Below are positions 49,636 through 62,903 of a stretch of DNA of 64,000 nucleotides, one piece after another; the stretch's first letter is position 1; every line of letters starts with the position of its first letter. The position numbers and the translations under genes are program-made. Source of the DNA: Octopus sinensis (taxonomy: Eukaryota); the NCBI RefSeq assembly GCF_006345805.1, contig NC_043001.1, positions 13,578,001-13,642,000 on the forward strand. Direction: 5' to 3'. Under the pieces are notes generated by a model. That model saw only the letters and a program-made list of their open reading frames with translations. It did no database searches and had not been told where the DNA came from.

Positions 49636-50136
49636 GGAAACGCAATGGCCCAGTGGTTAAGGCAGAGGACTCGCGGTCGTAAGAACGCGGTTTCGATTCC
49701 CAGACCGGACATTGTGAGTGTTTATTGAGCAAAAACACTTAATCTCCACAAGGCTCCGGCAGGGGAGGGTGGTGAACCCTGCTGTACTCTTTCACCACAA
49801 CTTTCTCTCACTCTTTCTTCCTGCTTCTGCTACAAAGCAGAGGAACCATGGTGTAACCCACTATGGTGTGGTAAACTTTCAGACCCTAGTCTAGATTGCG
49901 AATCCTCTGTACCCCGGGATGGTTCAGCTCTCCACCCATTAAAAGCCACCGTTTACGGAATGAGGATAACAACGTAGCTTTCGCACCCGTGCAACCGCCA
50001 GTCTATTGTGTGTGGTGGGTGGATCTTCAAGTTACCCACACGCATTCTTAGTAGCTTAGAGTAGGCTCGAATTAGAGATTATTCTTTGGGGCTAATGGCG
50101 TGAGTCCTGCTTGGAAGAAGAAGAAGAAGAAGAAGC
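49636..50136 (+). mobile_element. SINE C head/core 1 joined to an unrelated (GAA)n-tailed segment
   Basis: Family C sequence to about 49830, then unique sequence ending ..cctgcttg(GAA)6. Confidence 0.6.
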
Positions 50137-50402
50137 AACTGACGATGGACTTCAACTGTCTAGAGTAGCGTTGTACTTTTCAAAGTTTATTGCCCTTACA
50201 TATACACACTAGGATACATACAAACATGTAGTCATCATACTCCATCCCAGTATGTTACATGTATATACATGCACATACATGTGTGCCTGCTTATTTTTGT
50301 GTTACACGTATGTTTGTGTTCGAGAGTGTATGCTTAAGATCTAATGCACTTGACAATAAATCTCAAAGCCTCTATATTCGAGAGAGAAAACGAATGATTG
50401 AC

Positions 50403-50442
<40 letters not shown>

Positions 50443-51019
50443 GAATTGAGAGATAGAAACGAAAGAGAAAGACAGAACTCTGTATGGAATAGGAATCCAG
50501 TTTTAAAAACGTGCATTTTTTTTAGTTTAAAGGATTATTTTTTTGCATTCGCTGGCAGCTTTCAGTGGGTGATTGAAGAGAAAAAGAAGGTCAACAGATG
50601 AACTTTTTTTTCTTTTTTTTTTTTGCTAAAAAAAATATGTACTTCTACTTTTCTTCCTTGGAATCTGATGTCATTTAAAATTCTTTGAAATTTCGCAAAA
50701 ACATGTCATATCCTTCACAAATATCTCATATACTCACATGTACGTACATGATTATCCTCTGATATACATACATATCCATATAAAAACACCCACATGAACC
50801 CATAAGAAAGCTCCTACATATAGAAATATATGCGTGCATTATTCAAAAGTATGAGATAAGGACAACGAAAAACATGTTTAGTTGTATTTTTTACAAAGTA
50901 GAGACGGGCATTTTTTTGTATATTTTGGGTTTATTTTACTATTCATGGTGCAGAGGACACTTCTGATTTTGCCACAAGTGTTCAACAGGTATTTTATTCT
51001 ATGGACCACGAAATTAGGA

Positions 51020-51125
51020 AAGGCAAAGTCGACCTCCGCGGAATTTGAACCCAGAACGTAAAGACGGACGAAATGCAGCTAAGAATTTTTCCCGGCATGC
51101 GTGCCATTCTGCCACTTCACCGCCT

Positions 51126-51127
<2 letters not shown>
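51020..51127 (-). mobile_element. SINE family A, 5' part
   Basis: ..ggcaaagtcgacctccgcggaatttgaacccagaacg..caccgcctta. Confidence 0.75.
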
Positions 51128-51224
<97 letters not shown>

Positions 51225-51244
51225 TAATAATATTAATAATGATA

Positions 51245-52036
51245 GTAATATCCTGGGTTGTGAGGGGAGTTGAGCGCCCATAACTTATAAAATGCCCCAA
51301 TGACCTGCGCAAGACCGATCCCGCGGCAGTCAAACCCGATTCTTTCGCCAAGACAACAAGATAAGAGTTAGAAAAGGAGAGTATTTGGCACTTTGAAATG
51401 CCCAGTGCTCTGGCTAGGCTGTACTCGTTAGCTTTGGATTACAAGCTGTCTAGGAGAAGGACCGCTCTGAGTTCAAATCCCGGGGAACAAGGTTCCTGCC
51501 GCCTTGGCGGACTACCTTGATAGAGATGGTATCTCGATAAAAAAATACCGGTTGGTAGTAACCTAAAAATACACCTCATTTGTGAATGGAAATGCCAAGA
51601 AAAAAATTGACGATAATGGTGTGAACGGGAATGGAGCCAATGGTGAAGGTACAGCACCCGGAAGATATCTCACTGTGCTGCAGGGTGAGCCCGGTCGTAA
51701 TCTAGACACTGCTAGCCATGCTACAAGACATAAGTGGAGTAAATAAGTAAACATGATGGTTACGGAGTGTTACTGCCAGAGTACCCCACTAAATGCGAAT
51801 GGCGTGTTTGTCAGAAATACAGAAAACGAATGCACAGTGCATGGAAGTTAAAGGATCCGTTTGAAATTCACCCAACTACCAACATGCTAAAAAAAGATTG
51901 GTACAAGTGTAAAAGTAGAACAGCTACCAAAATCAGCATTGTTTCGAACTGTGAGAATCTTATTCTGCTGGCTGAGGATGGATGATACTTTCCACCATAC
52001 CCAGCAAAATAAGCTGTGAATTTTAATCACATAATG

Positions 52037-52040
<4 letters not shown>
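51245..52040 (+). mobile_element. Internally deleted R4/Dong-type element (5' UTR, ORF start, ORF end, 3' UTR) in (AAT)n
   Basis: N-terminal RHKWSK*VNMMVTECY..YRKRMHSAWKLKDPFE is fused directly to C-terminal MLKKIGTSVKVEQLPKSALFRTVRIL. AAT repeats lie on both sides. Confidence 0.7.
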
Positions 52041-52068
<28 letters not shown>

Positions 52069-52099
52069 GATAATAATAATAATAATAATAATAATAATA

Positions 52100-52474
52100 T
52101 TGATGTCAGTTGTTTGACCTTAACCAGTTGAGTACGTCCCTTAGTGGCTGACGTTATGTGCATCTCTGATCACGAGCAGAAGTAGTGGGGGAGCATCATA
52201 GCCATGTGTTGAGAGGGATTCTTGGAGGTTTGGATAATTCACCTTTCGAAACACGGGTGGTTCGTTCAACATCCTTAAACAACCCTTATTCGGGGGCCTT
52301 TTGAGAAGGATGGACTACTCAACCCGAAGAAAATTCTAACTGGATCCCACCCGCAAGGTCATGCGCTGTTTATCTTGATATGAGATCATCATGTTGCGCA
52401 CATATGGTTGTGATGCATGTGCCTAGTGTACCGTTATGATGGCTTTGTCACTTTGATGGCATGCTTTCTCACTC

Positions 52475-52476
<2 letters not shown>
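52100..52476 (+). mobile_element. Family D (AAT)n-tailed element
   Basis: Homologous to 17532-17978; (AAT)n on both sides. Confidence 0.8.
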
Positions 52477-52523
<47 letters not shown>

Positions 52524-54695
52524 TCAACAACAAGAATAACGAGTGCGTGTAATGTTAGTATATGTATACGCGCTCAATTTTATGTACATACGTTCACATA
52601 AAATTTCCACCCAGCGACTTGTAGTACGGCGATGCGATGACTAACTTAATTTTAACAACTTAGTTGCTTAATTTAGAGAATTCAAACCAAATTTCCTTTA
52701 TAGCAAATATAAATCTTTTACAACGAACTATTGCCATCACCGCCGTAATACTAAACGGAAATCTAACGTAGCTAATTTTTGTATTTTTTATATTTCATTA
52801 CAAACAAATAATAATAAGCAGTAAATGTTTTTTGTGTAACTTCCTTGAGATTAACTCATTGAAACTGCGAGAATTCTTTCTAAGAATTCAGGAAAAATAA
52901 CTATAAGCTATCATCTAAATTCCTGTCTGACTAAATATATATATATATAATACTTTAATTTAAGACACATTTCAAGTTCTTTAAACACTAACAGGTCAAC
53001 ATGAAGTAATTATTGTCTTGATCGAATCTATTCTGTATGTCCAAGCGAAGGGTGTCACACTGGTACATATCACAAACGGTTAATGGTTTTAAGGCAAAGT
53101 ATATAATTGAATGTCTAATGAATCGCGTCACAGGTATTTAGTGCTGCAAGAATTATAACGTTAATTGCATTCTGAGACATCAATGATCTCGTATGTTGTG
53201 CAGGTGAAATTCTCACCGGATGAACGGAAGAATTTATCTTTAATAAACCTAACAATGGATACTTGCATAGAATGAATTGGAGGGACTCTTATTCCGTCTA
53301 ATCTGCTTACAAAGGTGTCCCGGAGATAGAATTACATAGAATTAAGCCAAGCATTGAAAATACATTCAGGGAATAGTGAGTTTCACAAACGAGAAAATAT
53401 ATTTAGATTAAACTTCGTAATGGTTCCTAAAATATAAGAGGCAAACGAAATGAGGGCTCTATTTCGTCTACATAGTTTGATTTCATCATCAAATTTTTGA
53501 TAGTCTATGAAAGACGTGTACATATATGAGATAGCTAATTATATAGCATTCCTTTTTCATAAAAAAATATATTATGAGTCAAATACCAAACTATAAATCC
53601 TAAAATCTAAACAATTACCTACTGATTGTTTTGATAATTAGCCACTTATAAGGAGTTAATGCAATCAGGACCTCTGGAAGTATTAAATGCATATTGTTTA
53701 CAATAGTAATATGACAGGGAATCCGATAAATCAGGCCTGAAAAATATGTAATATTTGTACATTAAAGTGATACTACACCCAAACCAGTTTAATCCTGTCC
53801 TTATTTGAACCCGTTTCATTGCTTTTACTCTATGTACTTAGTATATGATATATTCTCAATCCATTTTATGATTGCACAGACGTGTAGACGTCACATGACA
53901 ACTTGTACTTGATATTTTTAGAGTATACTTTCCGAGGTTTTCTTTCATAGTATAAGACCTTTACGGTGATTGTTTGGGGAAGGTATAACATTGTGTCCGC
54001 TCCCGTATTGTGTTCAGAGAGAGCAAGGATTCATGCGTACCCAAATGAACGGTGGATTATTTAAAAATCTAGAATGATATTTCAGTTAGTCCGAAAGCTG
54101 TGGATGGAAATTCTTTGAAAAATGATACTTACAAACCCGCTTTGCATATTTAAGATGTCGGGATCAAAAAGATGTAAAAATAAGCAATGAGAATCGATGT
54201 ATGTTACACGAACATATGAAGAGTTTTTTTCTTTTTTCTTTTTTGTTCTGGAAAACATAAGATGCCGAGGGAATCGGACAACAGGTGAGGTGCGTATTCA
54301 ACATGTCCATCATTTGAATTATCAGCAAAATAAGAATTTCTTGATTGAATGTGTTTGTGTGTGTTGCCTGCTCAAAAAATAGACAGGCCACGTCAACCGC
54401 CGCGTTGTTGTAAATCGAATATATTCAAGTGATTTCAATACGGTCTTATTAGCGCTAATACTTATCAAGCCTGTTGAAATACATTACGATAAAGGAGGAT
54501 AACATAAGAGAAAGCATAACTTCTTTAAATGATATTCTCTATTTTAAGTTCATAAAATCTTCCCCGAGTTATCATTATTTAATTTCATATCGTCTGTACT
54601 TGCAGAGTTAAATCAACAAAAACAATCTGGCAGGAATAGTTCTCTATTATTATATATAAAAGATACATTTTACATTGTATCTGTGTTTATTAAAA

Positions 54696-55069
54696 ACTAG
54701 CAGTATTGCGCGGCGTTGCTCGGGTTTGTAAGGGAAATAACTATAAAGCATTTTTAGAGAGTTATAGCCCAAAAATGGGAAAAAAATGATGGTAAAATTT
54801 TTTTAGTTAAAAAGGTCGAGTTGCGTCCCCTAGACAGTCTGTGGTTTGTGTTTGTGATTCTCGACCCCATGTCGAATTTATCGATTTTTTTCAGAACTGG
54901 GGGAACTTTTCAAAATTTTCTCTGCGTTAGTTTTGAATTATGACATTGGGCTATGTGTGTGTGTCAAGTTTCATCAGAATCGGTTGAAAGCCGTGGTCAG
55001 GGTGAGGGTACAACCTAACAGATACACAGAAACACACACAGACAAACTGCCGTTTATATATAGAGAGAT
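54696..55069 (+). mobile_element. Helentron/Helitron-like non-autonomous element, second copy
   Basis: The first ~60 bp are nearly identical to the copy starting at 29981. It ends ..acagacaaac..TTTATATATAGAGAGAT; the internal sequence differs. Confidence 0.7.
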
Positions 55070-55689
55070 GTCTGGTAATCGTTTTAGGAAAATATTATGA
55101 TTCAATTGTCGTCTGCCGCAGGTGGACATAGAAAGAAACGATTCATTGTCTGCTTGAAAAACTATTGTCAGTGGCGCAAATGAATTTTTCTACCTAACAT
55201 AATGAATTAATACAAGTGATTGGGATTTGCCTCGGTTGAATTTTTGGAGAATAGAATTAAAATTTTCCTCAATATTTTTCTATTCTTTATCAGAAACATA
55301 TCAGCAGTGTTATCTAAATATATGTAATTTGTATAAGTTCGCCATTTTACAAAATGCAGATGTTTTACCTTCAGCAGTTGTGTCTGTTACAACGTTAACA
55401 CAAGTCAGACGATTATGTTCGTATGTCACATATATATTTTATTTTTCAATTCTATCATTTATTTTCTTCCTGAGATTGTTTGCTTTAGCTGTAAGAACTT
55501 GTTCTGTCATACTTCAATTTCATATCTTTAAACTTAAATAAAGCAGAAACACGCAGAAACGAACAATTCCAAACACGTTTATATGTACGCATGTGTGTGT
55601 ATATGTATATATATATATATATATATATAATGGCGTACTGTGAAAGCGCGCGGCTACGTGATGGTCTGTGGCTTTCTGTGAAGGCGCAT

Positions 55690-55985
55690 GGTTTAGCAGT
55701 TAGGGTATCCGGCTCAGGATCATGTTTTCGTAAGTTAAATTCCCGGCGAGGCGTTGTGTCCTTGAGCAAGACACTTTATTTCACGTTGCCTCCAGTTCAC
55801 CCAACTGGCAACAATGAGTTGTATTTCAAAGGGCCGGCCTTGTCACTTTCTGTGGCACGCTGAATCTCCCTGAGAACTACGTTAAGGATACGCGTGTGTG
55901 TGGAGTGCTCAGCCACTTGCAGGTTAATTTCGCAACGAAGTTGTTCCGTTGATTAGATCAACTGGAACCCTCGCTGTCGTAACCA
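55690..55985 (+). mobile_element. SINE family C (core 2 + tail b)
   Basis: ..ttgtgtccttgagcaagacacttt..aaagggccggccttgtcac..gtcgtaacc. Confidence 0.82.
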
Positions 55986-55986
55986 A

Positions 55987-56009
<23 letters not shown>

Positions 56010-56018
<9 letters not shown>

Positions 56019-56305
56019 ATCACGTGACCGACCAGTCCATCAGATGTAGTTACACATCGCTGGTCACAATGCGTTCGCATTGTTTTAGCCTTCGAATGAC
56101 GCCACCCCGCTGGCTAAACGAGCAGACCAATAGAAGAATGAGTGGGAGAAAGAGTGGTGAAAGAGTACAGCAGGGATCACCACCCCCTGCCGGAGCTTTT
56201 CAGATGTTTTCGCTCAATAAATACTCACAACGCCCGGTCTGGGAATCGAAACCGCGATCCTACAACCGCGAGTCCGCTGCCCTAACCGCTGGGCCATTGC
56301 GCCTC

Positions 56306-56308
<3 letters not shown>
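56010..56308 (-). mobile_element. SINE family C (core 1 + tail c)
   Basis: Reverse complement of a 42373-42685-type element; tail-to-tail with the previous copy across a (TA)n run. Confidence 0.85.
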
Positions 56309-56355
<47 letters not shown>

Positions 56356-56629
56356 TATATGTATACACATACACACATACATACACACACATACACACAC
56401 AAAGTGTGCGAATGGTAAATTATCATCATTTTATATTTAACTGTCGTGTATGCATATTGTTGTTGTTTTTCTTTTATTTTGTCTACTGCACAGTATAGTA
56501 GGGTCACTTGTGCACCGTCTCTAAGAAAAACAGCACCATGACGTAAATGCATTACCCGCTGTACTCCTTAGCATTCGCTCCGATAGAAACATTTGAGTGT
56601 CCGAGTGTCCATCTGGGGACAATGCAAGC

Positions 56630-56825
56630 TGAGGACATGTACCGAGAGTGATAAACGTCAAACATCCCGTCAATATCATGGTGTTCCGAGTGAGCACTAG
56701 TGATGGCGACGTTATGCCTCCATTCATCTTCCCACACGGCCTCAAACTCAACACGGAGGATTACGTCAAGTGCCTGGAGGAGGCAGCGATGCTCTTGGTG
56801 AAGAGGATGGAAAAGACAAAATGAT
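56630..56825 (+). pseudogene. Tc1/mariner-superfamily (maT/DD37D-like) transposase fragment
   Basis: VKHPVNIMVFRVSTSDGDVMPPFIFPHGLKLNTEDYVKCLEE matches the KHP..VMVW....DG.VMPP..F..GL..N...Y...LE pattern. Confidence 0.75.
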
Positions 56826-57744
56826 GTCCGCGTAAAATGAAATCTTTCTGTAGTTCTGAGGTTTCAAAATGGGTATTTTTCTTTTCCTATTTCAAATACA
56901 GTTCTGTTAAAAATGTTACAAATCTGGCAACATGTGTACGGATTCTTTCAATAGAACTCGTCACCATGCTTCCTTTGCAATGCTTTCTATTATCATGGTA
57001 TGCACAGATGAGATGCTTTCATTCCCAACTCTCAGTGTTTGCATAATTCAAATATTTCACAGCATATATTCTAAGCAGAGTTATTTTTATAGTGTTACTT
57101 TCAATTGAAATTGTTTTTCTGTATATGTCTTGATTGTGTTCATAAATACTCCTCACGTCATATATAAAAAAAATATTTAAAGTCAATAACATATAAACAT
57201 TTTTAGAAGAAGCAACCGCTTCTGCTTAAGGTTTTAACTACTATTCTGTTATATATTTTTGCATCAACAAGTATCATCATATTTCTCGGCGTCTGTGTCA
57301 TCTTGTTTGTACGATAATATATGTTCATGCTTTTAGAAAACAGCTGCAGTTACCTTTAACTATGCAGCTGTTAAAATGACTTTTGTATCTATAAATGCCA
57401 GATACGCTTTTTCCAAACGAATATAAAAGGAAAAAGTTGTGATATGATTCAGCATCGGGTGAAATAAAATGTACGACACCTAATTTGACTCCGCGTTTAA
57501 ATTTTTTATAGGGAACAAACAGCAAACGATGTCATAATGTTACTTTTGTATCTTCATAGTAAAGTGTTATTGTTGTTGCGAGCAGCTCATTGAATATGTA
57601 TTTAGGAGGAAAGCATTCAGTTGTGTGTTGACTTATATTCCCATGAGAAATAGTCCTTAGTTTCTTCTAATGGTTTTTATATTTGATTTATTCAAGCTAG
57701 TTTACCAGCGGGTAATCAAATACGTTTAAATAGAGAACACCAAT

Positions 57745-58018
57745 AATAAATAAATAAATAAATGCGCCCTTTTAAAGCCTAGCAAGGCTCATGGGCCCGG
57801 TTTCCCAGTTTCTATGGCGTATATGTTCCGAAGCTGGACGGAACGCCAGTCCATCGCAGCGTTACTCATTTTTGCCAGCTGAGTGGACTGGAGCAACGTG
57901 AAATGATGTGTTTTGCTCGAGAACACAACGCGTCGCCTGGTCCAGGAATCGAAACGACAATCTTACGATGTTACGATCATGATGCTGACACCCTAACCAC
58001 TAAGCCACGCGCCTCTAC
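57745..58018 (-). mobile_element. SINE family C (core 2 + tail a)
   Basis: Reverse complement of a 4575-4836-type element. Confidence 0.87.
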
Positions 58019-58065
58019 AGAGAACACCCATACTGTAACAATTTCCATTAACACATAACATGTTA

Positions 58066-58265
58066 AGGCGGCGAGCTGGCAGAACCGTTAGGATGCCGGA
58101 CAAAATGCTTCGAGGGATTACGTTCTGAGTTAAATTCCGGCGAGGTTGCCTTTGCGTTTCATCATTTCAGGGTTGATAAATTAAGTACCAATTGTGTATT
58201 GAGGTAGATCTAATAGACTGGTTCCCTCCCCCAAAATTCCAACCCTTGTCCTTAGATTAGAAAAG
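58066..58265 (+). mobile_element. SINE family A (A2)
   Basis: GGCGGCGAGCTGGCAGAA head, core and A2 tail. Confidence 0.82.
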
Positions 58266-59329
58266 AATATATTTTAAAAACGTACATAGATTTTGCTTCA
58301 GCGAAGGCAAATAATTTTGAAATGATACATGACAATTATTCTATCATCAGATGTTAAATTACATCAGCAGCGCATCGCATACACAAATCCTATGCACAAT
58401 TTAAAAAAACCGAAGTGCACTGGCAAGTCTTCGCAAGATATATTTGAAGCATTTGATTAGACAGGAATGCATACCCTTACGCCTTTCTTCATCTCACGTA
58501 GACAAATATACGTGTGTGAGTACGTGTGTTTGTTAAACGCACAACAAAAAAGCTATTCATACACCTGAATCTTCGATATATTATTATTTTTTTTAAATTG
58601 TTATATTAAAGAGTTAGATTATCCACGAAGCCAAATGTATTGGATGAGTATTAAATTATTAATACTGTGTGAGGTTGTAGATGAAGGATAAATTGTTGAT
58701 ATTAATGATGGAGAGAAGATAACGGTTGCAAAATTTAGTGATATAGAAAGAAAAATAAAGTAAGAGAGGGGTGAGTTGGGAGGTAAGAGAGGGGTGCATT
58801 AATTATACAAAAGAGGAGGTAAGTAAAAGTTGTTTTACGACGGAGAATCTTCACATACCTGCCATTTTCTTGAATACATTACGTCACTGATATATTTTAG
58901 ATAAGTAAAAAAAAAATAAATCTTTAAAATATCCGTTTTTATAGTTGCCATTTTACATGCTTACAAATCTATACATCAGACAATTTCGTTTCTAAACGCA
59001 GATGCCAAGAATTTTTCATTGAAATATTCAATATGAATATTTGCATTGTGTTTGCCAAAATTGGGTAAGGAAATTGTTCATGACATTTATGTTCTCGGAA
59101 TGACCTTAATAAAATATTAAGGAAGAATACAAAAACGAATACTGTACATGATCACCTCGGACTGTTTGGCAAATGTAGTCTTCCGATAACTTGCCAATAT
59201 AATGGTGTTGCCTTTCACGGAACATTTACTGGAAGAGTAGCAAAATAGATAGTATTCATTTATTAATCTCACTTCGATACATTTACATATGCATGTGCTT
59301 GTGTGTGTGTATGTGTGTGTGTGTGTTGC

Positions 59330-59362
<33 letters not shown>

Positions 59363-59396
59363 TGTGTGTGTTGGTGTGTGTGTGCTTGTGTGTGTG

Positions 59397-59705
59397 GAGG
59401 CGCAATGGCCCAGTGGTTAGGGCAGCGGACTCGCGGTCGGAGGATCGCGGTTTCGATTGCCAGGCCGGTCGTTGTGTGTGTTTATTGAGCGAAAACACCT
59501 AAAAGCTCCACGAGGCTCTGGCAGGGTGTGGTGGCGACCCCTGTTGTACTCTTTCGCTACAACTTTCTCTCACTCTTTCTTCCTGTTTCTTGAGTAACGC
59601 TGCGATGGACTGGCATCCCGTCCAGCTGGGGGGGGGGGGACACATACACCGCAGAAACCGGGAAACCGGGCCCATGTGCCTGGCTAGGCTTGAAAAGGGC
59701 GACGT
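59397..59705 (+). mobile_element. SINE family C (core 1 + tail a)
   Basis: GGAGGCGCAATGGCCCAGTGGTTAGGG head through ..ggctaggcttgaaaagggcg. Confidence 0.9.
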
Positions 59706-59754
59706 TTATCGTATATATATATATATATATATATATAAATTATTATGAATTATA

Positions 59755-59870
59755 TACATACATACATACATACGTATGTATGTATGTATGTATGTATGTA
59801 TGTATGTATGTATGTATGTATGTATGTATGTATGTATGTATGTATGTATGTATGTATGTATGTATGTATG
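59755..59870. repeat. (CATA)n/(TATG)n tetranucleotide tract
   Basis: Direct inspection. Confidence 0.95.
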
Positions 59871-60462
59871 TGCGAGGTGGGATGCCGAAAAGTTTCTGGC
59901 TTTAAGTGTATCGGAGAAGACCTGATTTGAAACCCAAACTTCCGAGTTCTTTTACAGTGCAAAAAGTGTGTGAACCTGAGACGGGAATCTGTCCTATAAA
60001 ATCATAATTAACTGATCCTGCTTCTTTTACTCAAAGCCAATAAACGTTCAGTATCACTTCGTATGTATAACTAAATGCATATTCAGTGCATACTAGGTAC
60101 TGTTCTTGAAGAAAGTGGCCATGCCAAGTAAAACTAATATCATCAATATCCTATTGACATTAATAGTTACCGTCAAGCTAACATGGCAGCCCAGGAATTT
60201 AGGACGAATGCTGCCGTTGATTAGATCCAGGAGGCCATCGTCTCTAGCTAGCTATGTGACACACAAACCTGTGTCTATAAAAAACTTCGAACAGGGGAGG
60301 TCATCAGCTTCCCCATGCTGATTCAAGCACCCGCAGACTAGTTTCGGGATATTTGTTCCTTATAATTATGGAGTAGCCGAACGCAGCAGGCGTCGCTGTT
60401 CACCGTCATTTCGAAGGTTTATATATATTCAGTGGAAAACATTGACTGGTTTTCGAAAATAG

Positions 60463-60658
60463 AAATCTCTCTAAAGGGGACTACGGCAGCAGTACTGTGT
60501 ATAAATAATTGTCACCAAGCTAACATGGCGAGGTAGAGGCGATGACCTCTCGGAGCTAATCAACAGCGACATTCGTCCTATCTTCTGGACTGCCATGTTA
60601 GCTTGGCGATAACTATTAATACGCAATAATGCTGCCGTAGTCACCTTTACAGAGATTT
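60463..60658. repeat. ~195-bp foldback element (MITE-like), with a partial second copy at 60159-60256
   Basis: CCAAGCTAACATGGC (60515-60529) / GCCATGTTAGCTTGG (60592-60606) is a perfect stem. Outer arms AAATCTCTCTAAAGGGGACTACGGCAGC / GCTGCCGTAGTCACCTTTACAGAGATTT. Confidence 0.75.
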
Positions 60659-61814
60659 AGAAATAATGATATTTCTATCCTTTTGACAGTTTTCTATCAA
60701 CGTCTTCGAGAAATGTAAGTACAATGTAAATTCTTTAGCTGCACGTGAATTTCAGTAAAATGTTCACTTCCGAAAAGAAATGATATCATTTATCAATTGG
60801 AGATGCCATGGGATTTGTTAATGAACTCTAGTAAGCAGATATGGAAAGGAAAGACAAGGGGTTAGGAAATGCTTAGAGAAGGTGGTATGAAACCAGATGC
60901 TTTCAATGATCAGTGACCTTTTAGTAAAGTAGTAGAATGCCAAAATTGCGACACAATATAGAAAGCAAGTTCTACCTGTAGTCTCGGGGGGGGGTGACCA
61001 AAAGCGTAACTTGTCCATGCACAAGTTTTTTTATCTCATTATACTTTTACTTTTATTTTATTTATATTTTTATACATATATTTCTTACATATTATAGAGA
61101 ATTTGGTTTATAGATATATTTTTTACACTTAATTTTTTCTGTACTCTACCTTCCACCCTGCATTTTTGCATTTTTACCTGTGCGTATATAGACGTGTATA
61201 TGGAATTATTTGTACGCGCGTGTGGATGTGTGCGTGCATGTGTGTACGTGCGTATATAGACGTATTTTACTCAGTGTTTTTACGCATTTTCCTGTACTTT
61301 TATTATTTTTTGAAAGATTTTATATTCTTTTTTGTTCATGCGTGTGTGTGAGCGTATATAGACGTGTGCGGGTGTGTATGTGTGTGTGTGCATATATAAG
61401 GGTATGTGCGTATATAGACGTGGTTTACTCTATGTATACTCCCTTATGCCTTTTTCTGTATTGTTACCCATAACCCTGATTTTTCTTATGCATGTGCGTA
61501 TGTAGACGTATGTATGAACTTTTACGGTGCGCGAGTGTTTGTGTGTTTGTATGTATATGCATATACATTTGGCGAAGGATGCGAGTGAGAATGTGTACGT
61601 TTTTCAAGTGAGGGGGGATGAATGTATGCGTACGCACGTGAATGTGCGGGCGCACATGTGTAGGTATGAACAGGGGCGCTTACGCGAATACTATGAATTT
61701 TACCACCTTACCTAACTTAGTGGTCATTCGAATAGCGCGTTTGTCTTAATAGCGGTCAATAACACAGTAATTTCCCTTTGTATAACGGTCATTTTTCATA
61801 GCTTTTTTCCGATG

Positions 61815-61983
61815 GCCGGATAATTGCAGAGATGGTGGAGTGGATTTCCACGACGACATCCGAAACTGAGTTTTATCTTGGCTACCGAATAATTGTCACA
61901 TATTACATTTACAGATAAATTCCTCTATTTACATAATATCGAGGTCTCTTTCTTTCTTTTGTTATCTTACCGCTTTTATCAAT
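61815..61983 (+). mobile_element. Second copy of the 22.2-kb HHR-like TA-flanked element
   Basis: ..CATCC-GAAAC-TGA-GTT-TTATC-ttggctaccgaataattgtcaca..ttatcttaccg..caa(TA)n. The 5' core has decayed to TTGCAGA. Confidence 0.75.
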
Positions 61984-62115
61984 ATATATATATATATATT
62001 ATATATATATATATATTTATATATAGTTATATAAGTATATATATATATATCATGATTAGCTAAAAGTAAACCGGTTCATAAAAGCAATGCTCTGTCGTTT
62101 ATAATATAGCAGAAC

Positions 62116-62119
<4 letters not shown>

Positions 62120-62154
<35 letters not shown>

Positions 62155-62177
62155 ATGTATATATATATTTATTTATT

Positions 62178-62210
<33 letters not shown>

Positions 62211-62233
62211 ATGTATATATATATTTATTTATT

Positions 62234-62266
<33 letters not shown>

Positions 62267-62365
62267 ATGTATATATATATATTTATTTATTTATATATAT
62301 GTGTGTGTGTGTGTGTATGTATATATATATATTTATTTATTTATATATATATATGTGTGTGTGCG
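62120..62365. repeat. Compound minisatellite, ~55-bp unit of (TG)n-TATG-(TA)n-(TTTA)3-(TA)n, about 4 copies
   Basis: Direct inspection. Confidence 0.88.
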
Positions 62366-62903
62366 TGTGTTTCTGTCTGTATATCTGTAGTTGGCTCAGC
62401 ACCACTTGATAACGGACCTCAATTTGTTTTACCCGCTCCTTAAGTTCGCTGTTCAGCAAAAGTTAATAATAAAATGTGTACGAGACCTTCAACAGACGGC
62501 GGTCCCAGCACGGCTGCAATCCAGGAAGGAAAACGATTTAAATATATACTTTCTAGTTTTCGAAACGCGATTGTATATTAAAATCGATTCCTCATTTTAT
62601 ACTCTGTTATTCATCCACTGAACAATTGTTTTCACAACATTATTATTGTCTGTATATTCTTATCATTGTTGTCTGTTTCAAATCGTATATTACCTTTCTA
62701 TGTATAGACACAGAATTGTGCATTCATTTAGATTTATATGTGTATGCATATGTGTCAGACTGTGTATGGATGCATGTACTTGTGTTGGCGTGTACTTTTA
62801 TAAATTTGATCTTTGTATTTGTATGCATTTTCTTCATCAAATTGTAAAAAATTCAAATGATCGCCATGTCTTATGATATAGCAATTCCTAATGATTTCTA
62901 GAG

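Noticed and set aside
54259-54290. Possible 23-nt micro-exon (ATAAG|ATGCC..AACAG|GTGAGG)
   Set aside because: Weak acceptor context, and no partner exons or recognisable peptide.
59397-59470. tRNA-like sequence with A and B boxes (also 21170, 30580, 42373, 49636)
   Set aside because: These are SINE heads: no clean acceptor stem, and each continues into a shared SINE body.
62400-62530. DNGPQF, an LTR-retrotransposon integrase-like motif
   Set aside because: An isolated hexapeptide followed by a stop, with no other integrase motifs or LTRs.
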